A stretch of DNA of 64,000 nucleotides from NCBI GenBank assembly GCA_018883125.1, contig VEQR01000004.1, positions 5,963 to 69,962 of the forward strand. Direction: 5' to 3'. The position numbers were made by a program, and so were the translations under genes. Below the pieces are notes generated by a model that ran no database searches, was not told the origin of the DNA, and was given only the letters and a program-made list of their open reading frames with translations. Below are positions 25,432-34,899 of this stretch, one piece after another. This DNA is from Candidatus Kapaibacterium sp. Lineage in GTDB: Bacteria > Bacteroidota > Ignavibacteria > Kapaibacteriales > Kapaibacteriaceae. Every line of letters begins with the position of its first letter. Position 1 is the first letter of the stretch.

Positions 25432-27975
25432 ATGAAGATCACGACGCTCCTCTGTGCTATCACACTCCTGGTTTCGACGGAGGTTTTTGCGCAGAACTAC
25501 AATCCATTGTGGATTCCCGATACCATAGCCGGTTCACAGTTCAATCTGACGATGGAAAGGGGAGTGGAGAAGTGGCTTGGGCCATCCTCTGCCGTTGAAA
25601 CAGCAGGATTCAACACGCAGCAAACGGGACGTGGCTCTTGGGGCCCGACGCTATTCGTCCGCAAGGGCGAAACCGTTACGATGAATGTCACGAACAACCT
25701 CTCGGATACTACGGCCGTGCATTGGCATGGATTCAAGATGTCCGCCGAAATGGTGGGAGGTCCAAAGCAGCGAATAGCCCCAAAGAGTTCGTGGAAATCC
25801 TCATGGAAAGTGACAAACAGTGCCGGTACATACTGGTACCGTCCAGGGTTGCATGCCAAAGCACAGGAACAGCTTCTCAAGGGGCTTGGAGGCATGATCA
25901 TCGTTCGCGACGACGAGGAAGCTAAGCTTGATCTTCCGCGCACATACGGAGTCGATGATATTCCGCTTGTCTTGAGCGACCGTGCATTTACTGCAGAAGG
26001 ACAGATAGCGGTGAGAGCATATGGCGACTCAATGCAGGTCAACGGAGTGATTCGCGCCCAATGCAATGTCCCCGGCCAAGTTGTGCGATTTCGACTCCTC
26101 AACGCGAATACTGAACGATGCTATTTCCTCGGTTTTGGAGACAACCGAAAGTTCTCCGTCATCGCAAGTGACGGTGGACTTCTCAATGCGCCTGTCGAGC
26201 TGACGAGATACTTCCTGTCACCGGGAGAACGAATCGAGATTGTGGTGAATTTCTCTGCTGACAAGGGAAAGAGCGTAAAGCTACGAGCGTTTAACAGCTT
26301 CTTGCCGCAGAGCATCTCGGGAGGAGAACGCACGCAGACGGGACCATTTGTCAACGCCCTGGCGCGCGCGGATTTCGACATTCTAAATGTTGTTGTCGGC
26401 GATCCAACTGCAAAGCCGGTCACGGCGATACCGACGCAGCTTGCAATCGTTCCACCACTGAAGGAAGCTGACGCCTTCGTGAATCGTCGAATCACGATCT
26501 CCGATAGTGTCTTGGCAACAGGCACACCAACATCCTACATGTATAACCGGAAGTTCTACAATCCGGATTCGATTGAATTCAAGGTTGGTCTCAACAACAC
26601 CGAAGTATGGGAGATCGGCAACACTGGCAACTTCTCGCACCCACTCCATATTCACGGAGTACAGTTCAACATCCTCACACGCAACGGTCAGGCATCCAGA
26701 CCTGAAGAAGCCGGTTGGAAGGATGTTGTTTTCGTTCGAAATCGTGAAACAGTGCGTGTCATTGCCAAGTTTGATGACTTCCCGGACAGCACTCGGGCAT
26801 ACGTTTTCCATTGCCAAAATGCGCGCCATGCTGACCAGGGTGAAATGGGGCAGTACGTCGTTGTCGATAATGGTAATGTGCCGACGCTTTCCTTCATGTC
26901 CACACCGGTGCGGACAGCGCGTGAAGGGACCCCATACACTTACACGTCACGCGTTGCTTCGAATGTTCAGTCTCCTGTCACATTTGCGGTTACGAGTGGG
27001 CCTGCTGGACTGACGATCAATGCCACAACCGGAGTAGTAACATGGGCAACTCCTGCTGCTGGAGCGTACGACGTGGCGTTGGCTGCATACATGGTGGTGA
27101 ACGGACAGAACTATGGTGCGCAGCAAACGTATAAGCTCACCGTTACGCCGCCGCTGACGGTAACATTCACGTCAACCCCGGTGACCACCGGATATGAGGG
27201 AGTTACCTATGCGTATGCTGTGCGTGCAAGGTGTTCAGACACGACGCGATTTCTTTCATACCGTATGGTTGACTCCGTCGCAGGTATGAACCTGTCCCGT
27301 CAGGGTCAGCTTACTTGGGCGAAGCCCGCACTAGGAACGTACAACATCGCCATTCGAGCAACGGTGAACGGAGACACGGTTAACGCTGTGCAACGATATG
27401 TGTTGACGATCGGAAGTAGTGATGCAACGCGAGTGACATTCACTACTGCTAACCTCCCGCCGGGCACAGAAGGCAAACCGTATTCGTTCAAGGTTAATGC
27501 CATGTGCACGGATTCTACCAAACGCGTTGAACTCACATTCCGTGATTCTGTGGCCGGTATGTCATTGACGCCGGCTGGTCTGCTGGAGTGGCCTGCACCT
27601 GTCATTGGGATGCACAGAATCACGATACGCGCGAAGGTCGTTGGCGATACGTTGTTTGCCGACCAGACGTTCAATTTGAGTATCCGGCCAGATACAACAA
27701 CGGATGTCGCTGAGGATCAGTCGTCATCGGCAACCTTCAGAGTCTATCCTATCCCGGCATCACAGTATGTGACCGTGGAAACAGCTGAACCGCTAAGAGA
27801 CCGGGCAACGATTTCGATCATTGACGTTTCAGGTCGGACGGTTGCATCCATACCAGTGAAGGCAGGTTGTGCAGTTTGGTCAGTCGATACAGCCTCGCTG
27901 CCGCAAGGTTCGTATGTGATACAGATCGATCAATCTGCTCGTAGGGTTAGGGTGCCGCTTCTGATCAGTCGCTAA
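25432..27975 (+). CDS. Multicopper-oxidase homologue with degenerate copper motifs, four putative-Ig repeats and a T9SS CTD
   Basis: HWHG (25720-25731), WYRPG in place of WxHPH (25834-25848), HPLHIHG (26638-26658), HCQNARHADQGEM (26809-26847). Signal peptide MKITTLLCAITLLVSTEVFAQ. C-terminus FRVYPIPASQYVTVE..SYVIQIDQ... Confidence 0.8.
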   Translation: MKITTLLCAITLLVSTEVFAQNYNPLWIPDTIAGSQFNLTMERGVEKWLGPSSAVETAGFNTQQTGRGSWGPTLFVRKGETVTMNVTNNLSDTTAVHWHGFKMSAEMVGGPKQRIAPKSSWKSSWKVTNSAGTYWYRPGLHAKAQEQLLKGLGGMIIVRDDEEAKLDLPRTYGVDDIPLVLSDRAFTAEGQIAVRAYGDSMQVNGVIRAQCNVPGQVVRFRLLNANTERCYFLGFGDNRKFSVIASDGGLLNAPVELTRYFLSPGERIEIVVNFSADKGKSVKLRAFNSFLPQSISGGERTQTGPFVNALARADFDILNVVVGDPTAKPVTAIPTQLAIVPPLKEADAFVNRRITISDSVLATGTPTSYMYNRKFYNPDSIEFKVGLNNTEVWEIGNTGNFSHPLHIHGVQFNILTRNGQASRPEEAGWKDVVFVRNRETVRVIAKFDDFPDSTRAYVFHCQNARHADQGEMGQYVVVDNGNVPTLSFMSTPVRTAREGTPYTYTSRVASNVQSPVTFAVTSGPAGLTINATTGVVTWATPAAGAYDVALAAYMVVNGQNYGAQQTYKLTVTPPLTVTFTSTPVTTGYEGVTYAYAVRARCSDTTRFLSYRMVDSVAGMNLSRQGQLTWAKPALGTYNIAIRATVNGDTVNAVQRYVLTIGSSDATRVTFTTANLPPGTEGKPYSFKVNAMCTDSTKRVELTFRDSVAGMSLTPAGLLEWPAPVIGMHRITIRAKVVGDTLFADQTFNLSIRPDTTTDVAEDQSSSATFRVYPIPASQYVTVETAEPLRDRATISIIDVSGRTVASIPVKAGCAVWSVDTASLPQGSYVIQIDQSARRVRVPLLISR

Positions 27976-28060
27976 TGATTGAAGCGCAAGAAGGCTCTCA
28001 TCTCCCGCCGCTTCGATGGCTCCCAATCGAGCGATGACGGGCGATTGCCAAGAAAAAACG

Positions 28061-28094
28061 AAAGCCCCCTTGTGAAAATCAGCAAGGGGGCTTT
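28061..28094. terminator. Bidirectional rho-independent terminator
   Basis: Stem AGCCCCCTTG (28063-28072) / CAAGGGGGCT (28083-28092), flanked by A-rich sequence on the left and TTTTGG on the right. It lies between convergent genes. Confidence 0.75.
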
Positions 28095-28118
28095 TGGTAC
28101 AGAAACATGGTTGAGCTC

Positions 28119-28292
28119 TTACTTGGCCTTGCCCTCAGCGATTGACGCCTGATTATACGGCGTGATGAGCTTCTTCAGGGCGCTGGCGGCCTTGCGCGCT
28201 GTGGCGGCATCTTTCTTGAATTTCGAGTTGTGAGCAGTGGTGAACTCGCCGAACAGGCGCACCATCTCGTCGTAAACTTCCTGCTTTGTCAC
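28119..28292 (-). CDS. Small basic histone H1-like (Hc1-type) DNA-binding protein, 57 aa; absent from the ORF track
   Basis: Own translation: (GTG)TKQEVYDEMVRLFGEFTTAHNSKFKKDAATARKAASALKKLITPYNQASIAEGKAK*. GGAGA lies 7 nt upstream of the GTG. It resembles the Lys/Ala-rich histone H1 proteins of Bacteroidota. Confidence 0.55.
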   Translation of the reverse strand: MTKQEVYDEMVRLFGEFTTAHNSKFKKDAATARKAASALKKLITPYNQASIAEGKAK

Positions 28293-28372
28293 GCTACATC
28301 TCCAATTAGCGGTGTGAAAAAACGGTATGACCTTGCATACATCGCGGCCAACATTAGCAATTTTTGATCACA

Positions 28373-28380
28373 TATTTTTG
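28373..28380 (+). promoter_or_regulatory. Candidate -7 box TATTTTTG
   Basis: Matches TAnnTTTG, 26 nt upstream of ATG 28406. Confidence 0.3.
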
Positions 28381-28405
28381 CACCTCAAACCTCTAAACAT
28401 TACCA

Positions 28406-29377
28406 ATGGAAATGTCCACCATGCTTCGTTCCATCATTCTTTGCTCGGTGCTGGCCGTCGGATTCACTTCCAATGCATACGCACAGCAGCCCGCCGCTTC
28501 ACGTCCAACCGAAGTCGATTCAGCGATCGTTGCCTTCAATGCCAAGGATTATGCAAAGGCCAAGGAGTGGGCACAGAAGGCCGTGCGCGTGAATGATCAG
28601 GCGCGTGAAGGGTGGGAGATCCTCGGCTTTGCGGCGCAGTCGCTGGATGATGCGCCGACGATGATTGCAGCCGGTGAGAAGCTCTCGAAGCTGGTGCCGG
28701 GTGAGAGAAATGGATGGTACCTGCTCTCGATCGCCTACTTCAAACAGAGTCGATTCGACAAGGCGGTCGAACCCATGAAGCAGCTCTGCGTTGTCGACCC
28801 GTCAACCTGCAAGACGTCCGGTATCGAGAAGATCCTCTATGCTCTGTCTCAGGATTCGCTCGGCGTCCTCGATAGCACCTTCAGCTGTTTGGATGGCAAG
28901 ATCTCAATCACACTGCCACGAACATGGAACTCCTTCGTTCGTGATGATGGCAAGACCCTTAACTGGTTCGTAACTCTTGAGCCGATGCAAAGTGACTCTG
29001 ATGTGTTCTCGGTTGGTGGATCATTCCGGTGGGTACGTGAGATCACCTCATCGTTTCTGATCGAAGAGAAGAACAACAATGCGACGTTCCTTGTCAGCTT
29101 CTGGGACCAGTTCATCGAAGCGCAAATGAAGGGCTTTACGCCGCACATGCGAAAGATCGTCGACAGTTCGGCGATAACAGTCAACGGATGGAGCGGTATG
29201 CGCAGGACGATCGACTTCCAGTTCCGCGAAAACACGCCAGTACAACGTCGCACAGAAGCCATACTCGCCCGCAAGGGAGAGGTCTTCACGTACACGTTCG
29301 AGTGCACGGGAACGAACTGGGCCGTCTATGAGCCCCGTTTCAAGAAGGCAATATCATCGCTACAGTTGCCGCAGTAG
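28406..29377 (+). CDS. Secreted TPR-like repeat protein, unknown function
   Basis: Signal peptide MEMSTMLRSIILCSVLAVGFTSNAYAQ. The N-terminal third is helical and TPR-like (..AKDYAKAKEWAQKAV..). The rest is unassigned. Confidence 0.5.
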   Translation: MEMSTMLRSIILCSVLAVGFTSNAYAQQPAASRPTEVDSAIVAFNAKDYAKAKEWAQKAVRVNDQAREGWEILGFAAQSLDDAPTMIAAGEKLSKLVPGERNGWYLLSIAYFKQSRFDKAVEPMKQLCVVDPSTCKTSGIEKILYALSQDSLGVLDSTFSCLDGKISITLPRTWNSFVRDDGKTLNWFVTLEPMQSDSDVFSVGGSFRWVREITSSFLIEEKNNNATFLVSFWDQFIEAQMKGFTPHMRKIVDSSAITVNGWSGMRRTIDFQFRENTPVQRRTEAILARKGEVFTYTFECTGTNWAVYEPRFKKAISSLQLPQ

Positions 29378-29399
29378 TGACGCAGAAGTGATGATGCGC

Positions 29400-30872
29400 T
29401 CAGATCGTTGCAAACCACGAGGCAACATCGATCGATTCGCAGGGGGCTGACCTGACCAGTTCAAACTCGTTCGAGTCTGCGATGGCCGCATAGGCGCTAT
29501 TGCACTCTTCGTGATTCTCAGCAATCCAGCGCACAGCTCTCGCTATCTCGTGGGCCTCGTCATTACTCATGGTGGGATGGATAGAAATGCGAACCCATCC
29601 TGGACGCGTCTGCACGTTGCCGCTGACGATCTCGCAGTGTATGGTGTGAGAGTCATCGGGCGAGATATTCAGCAGGTAATGTCCGTACGTACCGGCGCAT
29701 GAGCAGCCCCCTCGTACCTGAATTCCGAACCGGTCATTGAGAACACGCACGGCCAGGTTATAGTGGACGTTGTCGAAACACAGGGGAATGATGCCAAGAC
29801 GCCGACGATGATGTCCTGCCAGAAGCCTTACACCCTGCACGTTTGAAACACCGTCCCATAGGATCTGCATGATCTCATGCTCACGGGCAAGGATGTTCTC
29901 GACGCCCATCTGCTCTTTGAGACGCATGCACAGAGCCGTGCGCATCACCTGCAGAAAGCCCGGAGTGCCGCCGTCTTCTCTCGCTTCGATGTCATCAAGG
30001 TACTGGTGAACGCCCCATGGGTTGGTAAAGGCCACAGTTCCACCGCCGGGGTTGTCAGGGACGGAGCTCGTATAGAGTGCCGTGTTGAACACCAGAACAC
30101 CACTCGTGCCGGGACCACCCAAGAACTTGTGTGGTGAGAAGTAGATCGCATCCAGTGAGGCCTGCGGTCGGTCGGCCGGATGCATATCGATGGCGATGTA
30201 GGGGGCGCTGCAGGCAAAGTCAACGAAACAGTAGCCCCCTGCCGAATGCATTGTCTCAGCGATGTCATGGTATGGCGTTATGATTCCGGTGACGTTACTG
30301 CACGAGGTGATGGCGGCGATCTTGAGTGGACGCTCGGAATATTCATCCAAGAGTGCACGAAGTGAATCAAGATCTACCAGTCCATCTGCGGTGCTGCTGA
30401 TGATTCGCACCTCGGCGATGGTCTCTAGCCACGAGGTCTGATTAGAGTGGTGCTCCATGTGCGTGATGAAGACCACCGGACGTTCCGGTTCGGGAATCGT
30501 CACCGAGGAACGGAACCGCTCATGCAGGCGCAGACCCAGCATGCGCTGAAGCTTATTCACCACTGCCGTCATGCCCGATCCGTAGCAGATCACCGCATCG
30601 GACTCTGCAGCGTGCACGTGACGTCGGATCGTGCGCATCGCCTCGGAATAAGCACGCGTCATGGTTGTGCCGCAGAACGACGTTTCCGTGTGTGTGTTGG
30701 CAACGTACGGGGCCACCATGGAAAGCATGCGTTCTTCGATCGGACGATACATTCTTCCGCTCGCAGTCCAGTCTGCATAGATGACTCGCCGGCGGCCATT
30801 GGGCGACTCGAATTCCGCATCGATGCCGATGACATTCTTGCGGTAGGGGGCGAAGTACTCTTCGAGATTCAT
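29400..30872 (-). CDS. Class V aminotransferase-fold PLP enzyme (cysteine desulfurase / selenocysteine lyase-like)
   Basis: PLP-lysine motif FSPHKFLGGPGTSGVL; ITHMEHHSN; C-terminal ..RGGCSCAG... Confidence 0.7.
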   Translation of the reverse strand: MNLEEYFAPYRKNVIGIDAEFESPNGRRRVIYADWTASGRMYRPIEERMLSMVAPYVANTHTETSFCGTTMTRAYSEAMRTIRRHVHAAESDAVICYGSGMTAVVNKLQRMLGLRLHERFRSSVTIPEPERPVVFITHMEHHSNQTSWLETIAEVRIISSTADGLVDLDSLRALLDEYSERPLKIAAITSCSNVTGIITPYHDIAETMHSAGGYCFVDFACSAPYIAIDMHPADRPQASLDAIYFSPHKFLGGPGTSGVLVFNTALYTSSVPDNPGGGTVAFTNPWGVHQYLDDIEAREDGGTPGFLQVMRTALCMRLKEQMGVENILAREHEIMQILWDGVSNVQGVRLLAGHHRRRLGIIPLCFDNVHYNLAVRVLNDRFGIQVRGGCSCAGTYGHYLLNISPDDSHTIHCEIVSGNVQTRPGWVRISIHPTMSNDEAHEIARAVRWIAENHEECNSAYAAIADSNEFELVRSAPCESIDVASWFATI

Positions 30873-30937
30873 ACGGGGATCTGTTCAGGCATGTGAGTGG
30901 TTGACAAAAATGGACAAATCTCCAGTAGCTTTGCCAG

Positions 30938-31537
30938 ATGAATCAGTCCCGTTCGGATGCCATTGAAGGCATTATTCGCGATTCGATCGCCGTCAAAGAG
31001 AGGCTGCTGCACGAACAGACGGAAGCAATTCGGTCAGCCGGAGCAGTTCTTGCCCAATGCGCCAATCTTAATCGGTTGATCATGCTCTGCGGCAACGGTG
31101 GAAGCGCTGCCGATAGTCAGCACATCGCCGCAGAACTGGTCGTGCGCCTTCGCAGCGACGTGAACCGTCGGGCGATCAAAGCCCTAGCTCTAACGACCGA
31201 CAGCAGCGTTCTGACGGCAGGCGGCAATGACTACGGCTTTGACCGTGTCTTCAGCCGTCAGATCGAGGCATTTGGAGACTCGGGTGACGTACTTATCGCC
31301 ATCTCCACAAGCGGCACATCGAAGAACGTTGTCCTCGCCGTGGAGGAAGCTCGTAATCGCGGTGTGCGCACAATCGGTCTCCTCGGTGGAACCGGCGGCG
31401 TCCTGAAAGAGTTATGTGATCATGCGGTTGTGGTCCCATCTTTGGTTACCGCCCGCATTCAGGAGTGCCACATCATGATTGGGCATATCTGGTGCGAGAT
31501 GATTGAGGAAGGAATTACGGAGTTACGGAATTACTGA
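30938..31537 (+). CDS. gmhA: Phosphoheptose isomerase (SIS domain)
   Basis: GNGGSAADSQHIAAEL and AISTSGTSKNV motifs. The last 7-8 codons and the stop codon are encoded by octamer repeats. Confidence 0.8.
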   Translation: MNQSRSDAIEGIIRDSIAVKERLLHEQTEAIRSAGAVLAQCANLNRLIMLCGNGGSAADSQHIAAELVVRLRSDVNRRAIKALALTTDSSVLTAGGNDYGFDRVFSRQIEAFGDSGDVLIAISTSGTSKNVVLAVEEARNRGVRTIGLLGGTGGVLKELCDHAVVVPSLVTARIQECHIMIGHIWCEMIEEGITELRNY

Positions 31538-31616
31538 AGTACGGAATGACGACCATCGTCATTCACGCGAAAGCGGGAATCCATCCTTGATGACTGATGA
31601 CTGATGACAATGACGA
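31515..31616 (+). repeat. Five octamers (TTACGGAG TTACGGAA TTACTGAA GTACGGAA TGACGACC, 31515-31554) and four heptamers (GATGACT type, 31589-31616)
   Basis: Read unit by unit. The gmhA stop TGA (31535-31537) lies inside unit 3. Confidence 0.85.
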
Positions 31617-31643
31617 GAACGATGTTTTAAACAGGAGAACACC

Positions 31644-32483
31644 ATGCGATCTATGATGCAAATCCTCTGCCTTCTTTTCATCACCTCAATGGTCAGTGCT
31701 CAGGAGCTGAAGCTGCCGGCGCTGAGCCCAACAGCAACGATCTCGCAGGATTTTTCGACATCGAAGATCGAGATCACCTACAGCCGTCCGTCGATGCGTG
31801 GACGCAAGGTCTTTGGTGACCTTGTTGCATACGGGAAGGTATGGCGCACGGGTGCGAATGCCGCAACCAAGATCACGATCAGTGAAGAGATGGTTATCGG
31901 CGGCTCAACGATTAAGCCGGGTTCGTACTCGCTGTACTCCATCCCCGGACAATCCGAATTCACCGTCATCATCAACAAGAATACGGGTGGCTGGCCTGGT
32001 GGCGATGGCTGGTCGAAGGACGACGACGTAGCCCGATTTACGGTTCCGGCATCGCGCACGCCACAGACCATAGAAACATTCTCGGTCGGCATTTCGAACG
32101 TCACGTTCTCCAGTTGCTCTGTCGATATCATGTGGGAGAACACCATGATTTCTATTCCTGTGAAGGCCGAAAATCAGCAGCGTCTGCTCACGGCCATTGA
32201 CAAAGCGATCACTGCACCCAACATCCCGTATCAGCAGGCGGCAACGTATCTCTATGAGACCGGACAGAATCTCGGCAAGGCTCTAGAATATGCGAGTGCA
32301 GCATTGGATCGCAACCCGAAGGCGTACTGGATTGCCTTGACGAAGGCAAAGATCGCCGCCAAGCTGGGTCGCAAGGATGTGGCACGCGAGGCTGCGCAGA
32401 AGACGATTGAGATCACAAAGGCCGCTGGTGGCGATGCTGACTACGAGAAGGCAGCACAGGACATCATCAACTCTTCGAAGTAA
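31644..32483 (+). CDS. DUF2911-domain periplasmic protein with C-terminal TPR-like helices
   Basis: ..ITYSRPSMRGRKVFGDLVAYGKVWRTGANAATKIT.. is typical of DUF2911. Signal peptide present. Confidence 0.6.
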   Translation: MRSMMQILCLLFITSMVSAQELKLPALSPTATISQDFSTSKIEITYSRPSMRGRKVFGDLVAYGKVWRTGANAATKITISEEMVIGGSTIKPGSYSLYSIPGQSEFTVIINKNTGGWPGGDGWSKDDDVARFTVPASRTPQTIETFSVGISNVTFSSCSVDIMWENTMISIPVKAENQQRLLTAIDKAITAPNIPYQQAATYLYETGQNLGKALEYASAALDRNPKAYWIALTKAKIAAKLGRKDVAREAAQKTIEITKAAGGDADYEKAAQDIINSSK

Positions 32484-32490
32484 TACCTCG

Positions 32491-34899
32491 GTGCAATTCG
32501 TTCGCATTGCCTGCGCGCTCGCGCTCGCTACCTCGTTGTCATGGGCGCAGCAGCGCACGCCGTCACCGTCACACCGTATTATCGGTCAGTTGCACCGACT
32601 GAAGACATTGACGTCTGTCCTGTACGTAGCAGCCCATCCGGATGATGAGAACACGCGTCTTCTTTCGTGGCTTGCCACCGGACAGCACATTCGCACCGGG
32701 TATCTTTCGATCACTCGTGGAGACGGCGGACAAAACATCATCGGCAGTGAGCAGGGGGCGCCCCTTGGCCTGATCAGAACTCATGAATTGCTTGCGGCTA
32801 GAAAGCTCGACGGGGCTGAGCAGTACTTTGCTCGTGCAATCGATTTTGGGTTTTCCAAGAACCCCGATGAGACATTCCGTCAGTGGGACCAGAGCACATT
32901 GGTTCAGGATGTTGTAAAGGTCATCAACCAGTTTCGCCCCGATGTCGTGATTTGCCGTTTCCCAAAGGACTCCATGGCCGGCCATGGTCAGCATTCGGCA
33001 TCAGCCATCATCGCCGAAAATGCTGTCCAGCGTTGCATGGCCGACCCGGCTCTCTGGAAGCCCAAGCGGCTGGTCTTCAATGCATTCCGGTTTGGTAACC
33101 GTAGCACCATCTCCGAAGGAATGTTCAAGCTTGAAGTTGGCCAGTACGATCCATTGCTTGGCATGGGGTACGGAGAGCTCGCCGGCATTAGTCGGAGTCT
33201 GCACAAGAGTCAGGGGGCCGGCACGCCACAGACACCCGGCGTACAGCCGGAGTTCTTTGCGACGTGGCTTGGTGAGCCCCCTATCAGGAGCCTCTTCGAT
33301 GGGATCGATACAACGTGGAACAGAGTCGGTCAGCCAGAGATCGGCAGAGCAATTGATAACGTGATCGCATCGTTCGACATGCTTCATCCGGAGCGCTCCA
33401 TTGATGCACTGCTATCGATACGGCGGATGATCGGCAATGTGAAAGACCCGTTCTGGCGCAACAGTAAGGGCGCGGAGCTTCATGACATTATCCTCTCGTG
33501 CATGGGCGTGACGGCCGATGCGAGCGTGACTTTTCCAACGGTTGTTTCCGGTGACACGATTCAGCCACAGATACGCCTTACGGTGCGCGCGGGGAAGACT
33601 GTCAGATGCGCTCGGATCGTATTCCCAAATGGACGCGTGCTTTCTGACGTGGACTGTCCACACGATTCAACCCGCATCGTGCAGGACGTCTCGATGGCAG
33701 TTGCCGGACCGATAACCGAACCGTACTGGCTTTCGCGAGACGCTAAGGGTGCGTTGTTCACGATTCCGAATGAAGAGGTGCTTGGCCGTCCGACGAGTCC
33801 GCCAAGCGTTTCGCTGCAGCTTTGGTTTGCCTTTGGCGCTGACACGATCCCGCTTACGCTGCCACTGAGTTTTAAGCGTCTGGATCCGCTCAAGGGAGAT
33901 GTCATCGAGGAGCTGCGCGTTGTCCCGCAAGCGAGTCTCGAGCCCCTTACCCGAGTGATCGTTGCCCCCAATGGAACGCCAAGTATCAAGCTCCGACTGC
34001 GCGCCTATCGTGCCATCAATGACGCCGAACTGGTCTGCTTCAGTGGCTCCCAAACGATTGCGACTGTTCGGGATATCAGATTGCGCGCCTCAACAGATTC
34101 GCTCATCACGATCGAGCCCACGCTTCGCGGAACGGCCGATCTCACGTTTCGTCTTCGCATTGCCGGAGAGGACTTCACGCGCCAAGTGTCGATACTTGCG
34201 TACGATCATCTTCCAACATTGCAATACACCCAGCCGGCTGCCGTGCGAGTGGTCGTAGAGCCCATCGTGGTCCGTGCCAAGCGCATTGCTTACGTTGCCG
34301 GTGCAGGTGAGTTCACACCGGAGTTTCTCCGTAGCCTCGGCGTTAGTGTTGAAGAGATCGATGATGAAACCATCCTGAAGACCGATGAGCTACTGAAGTA
34401 CGATGCCGTGCTGGTTGGTATCCGCGCTGTGAATACTCGCAAATCGATGCAGTTCCTTATGCCGTCGCTGATGACGTATGTAGAGCGGGGCGGAACCTTG
34501 GTGATGAGTTACATGACCACTCAGGACATGGCAACCAAAACGCTTGGACCGTACCCGTTCGTGCTTGGTCGTGCACGGGTCACCGAGGAGGATGCACCGG
34601 TACGTGTTCAGAATCCCAACCACCCGTTGCTCGCAGGTCCTAATCGAATCACAGCCGGTGATTTCGATGGATGGGTACAGGAACGTGGCTTGTACTTTGC
34701 CGAGAGTATCGATCCGCGCTATGAGACGCCCCTTTCCATGAATGACTCCAAGGAGTCTCCGAATTCGGGATCACTCCTGTATGCCCGCTACGGTAAGGGT
34801 CACTACGTGTACTGCGCACTCTCACTGTTCCGACAGCTACCGGCCGGCGTGCCGGGTGGCATGCGAATTCTTGCGAATCTTCTCAGCATCGGAAAATGA
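32491..34899 (+). CDS. PIG-L / LmbE-family deacetylase fused to a ThuA-like (class I glutamine-amidotransferase-like) C-terminal domain
   Basis: VLYVAAHPDDENTRLL motif. Signal peptide VQFVRIACALALATSLSWAQQ if GTG at 32491 is the start (uncertain). The track start at 32377 overlaps the preceding gene. Confidence 0.7.
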   Translation: MQFVRIACALALATSLSWAQQRTPSPSHRIIGQLHRLKTLTSVLYVAAHPDDENTRLLSWLATGQHIRTGYLSITRGDGGQNIIGSEQGAPLGLIRTHELLAARKLDGAEQYFARAIDFGFSKNPDETFRQWDQSTLVQDVVKVINQFRPDVVICRFPKDSMAGHGQHSASAIIAENAVQRCMADPALWKPKRLVFNAFRFGNRSTISEGMFKLEVGQYDPLLGMGYGELAGISRSLHKSQGAGTPQTPGVQPEFFATWLGEPPIRSLFDGIDTTWNRVGQPEIGRAIDNVIASFDMLHPERSIDALLSIRRMIGNVKDPFWRNSKGAELHDIILSCMGVTADASVTFPTVVSGDTIQPQIRLTVRAGKTVRCARIVFPNGRVLSDVDCPHDSTRIVQDVSMAVAGPITEPYWLSRDAKGALFTIPNEEVLGRPTSPPSVSLQLWFAFGADTIPLTLPLSFKRLDPLKGDVIEELRVVPQASLEPLTRVIVAPNGTPSIKLRLRAYRAINDAELVCFSGSQTIATVRDIRLRASTDSLITIEPTLRGTADLTFRLRIAGEDFTRQVSILAYDHLPTLQYTQPAAVRVVVEPIVVRAKRIAYVAGAGEFTPEFLRSLGVSVEEIDDETILKTDELLKYDAVLVGIRAVNTRKSMQFLMPSLMTYVERGGTLVMSYMTTQDMATKTLGPYPFVLGRARVTEEDAPVRVQNPNHPLLAGPNRITAGDFDGWVQERGLYFAESIDPRYETPLSMNDSKESPNSGSLLYARYGKGHYVYCALSLFRQLPAGVPGGMRILANLLSIGK

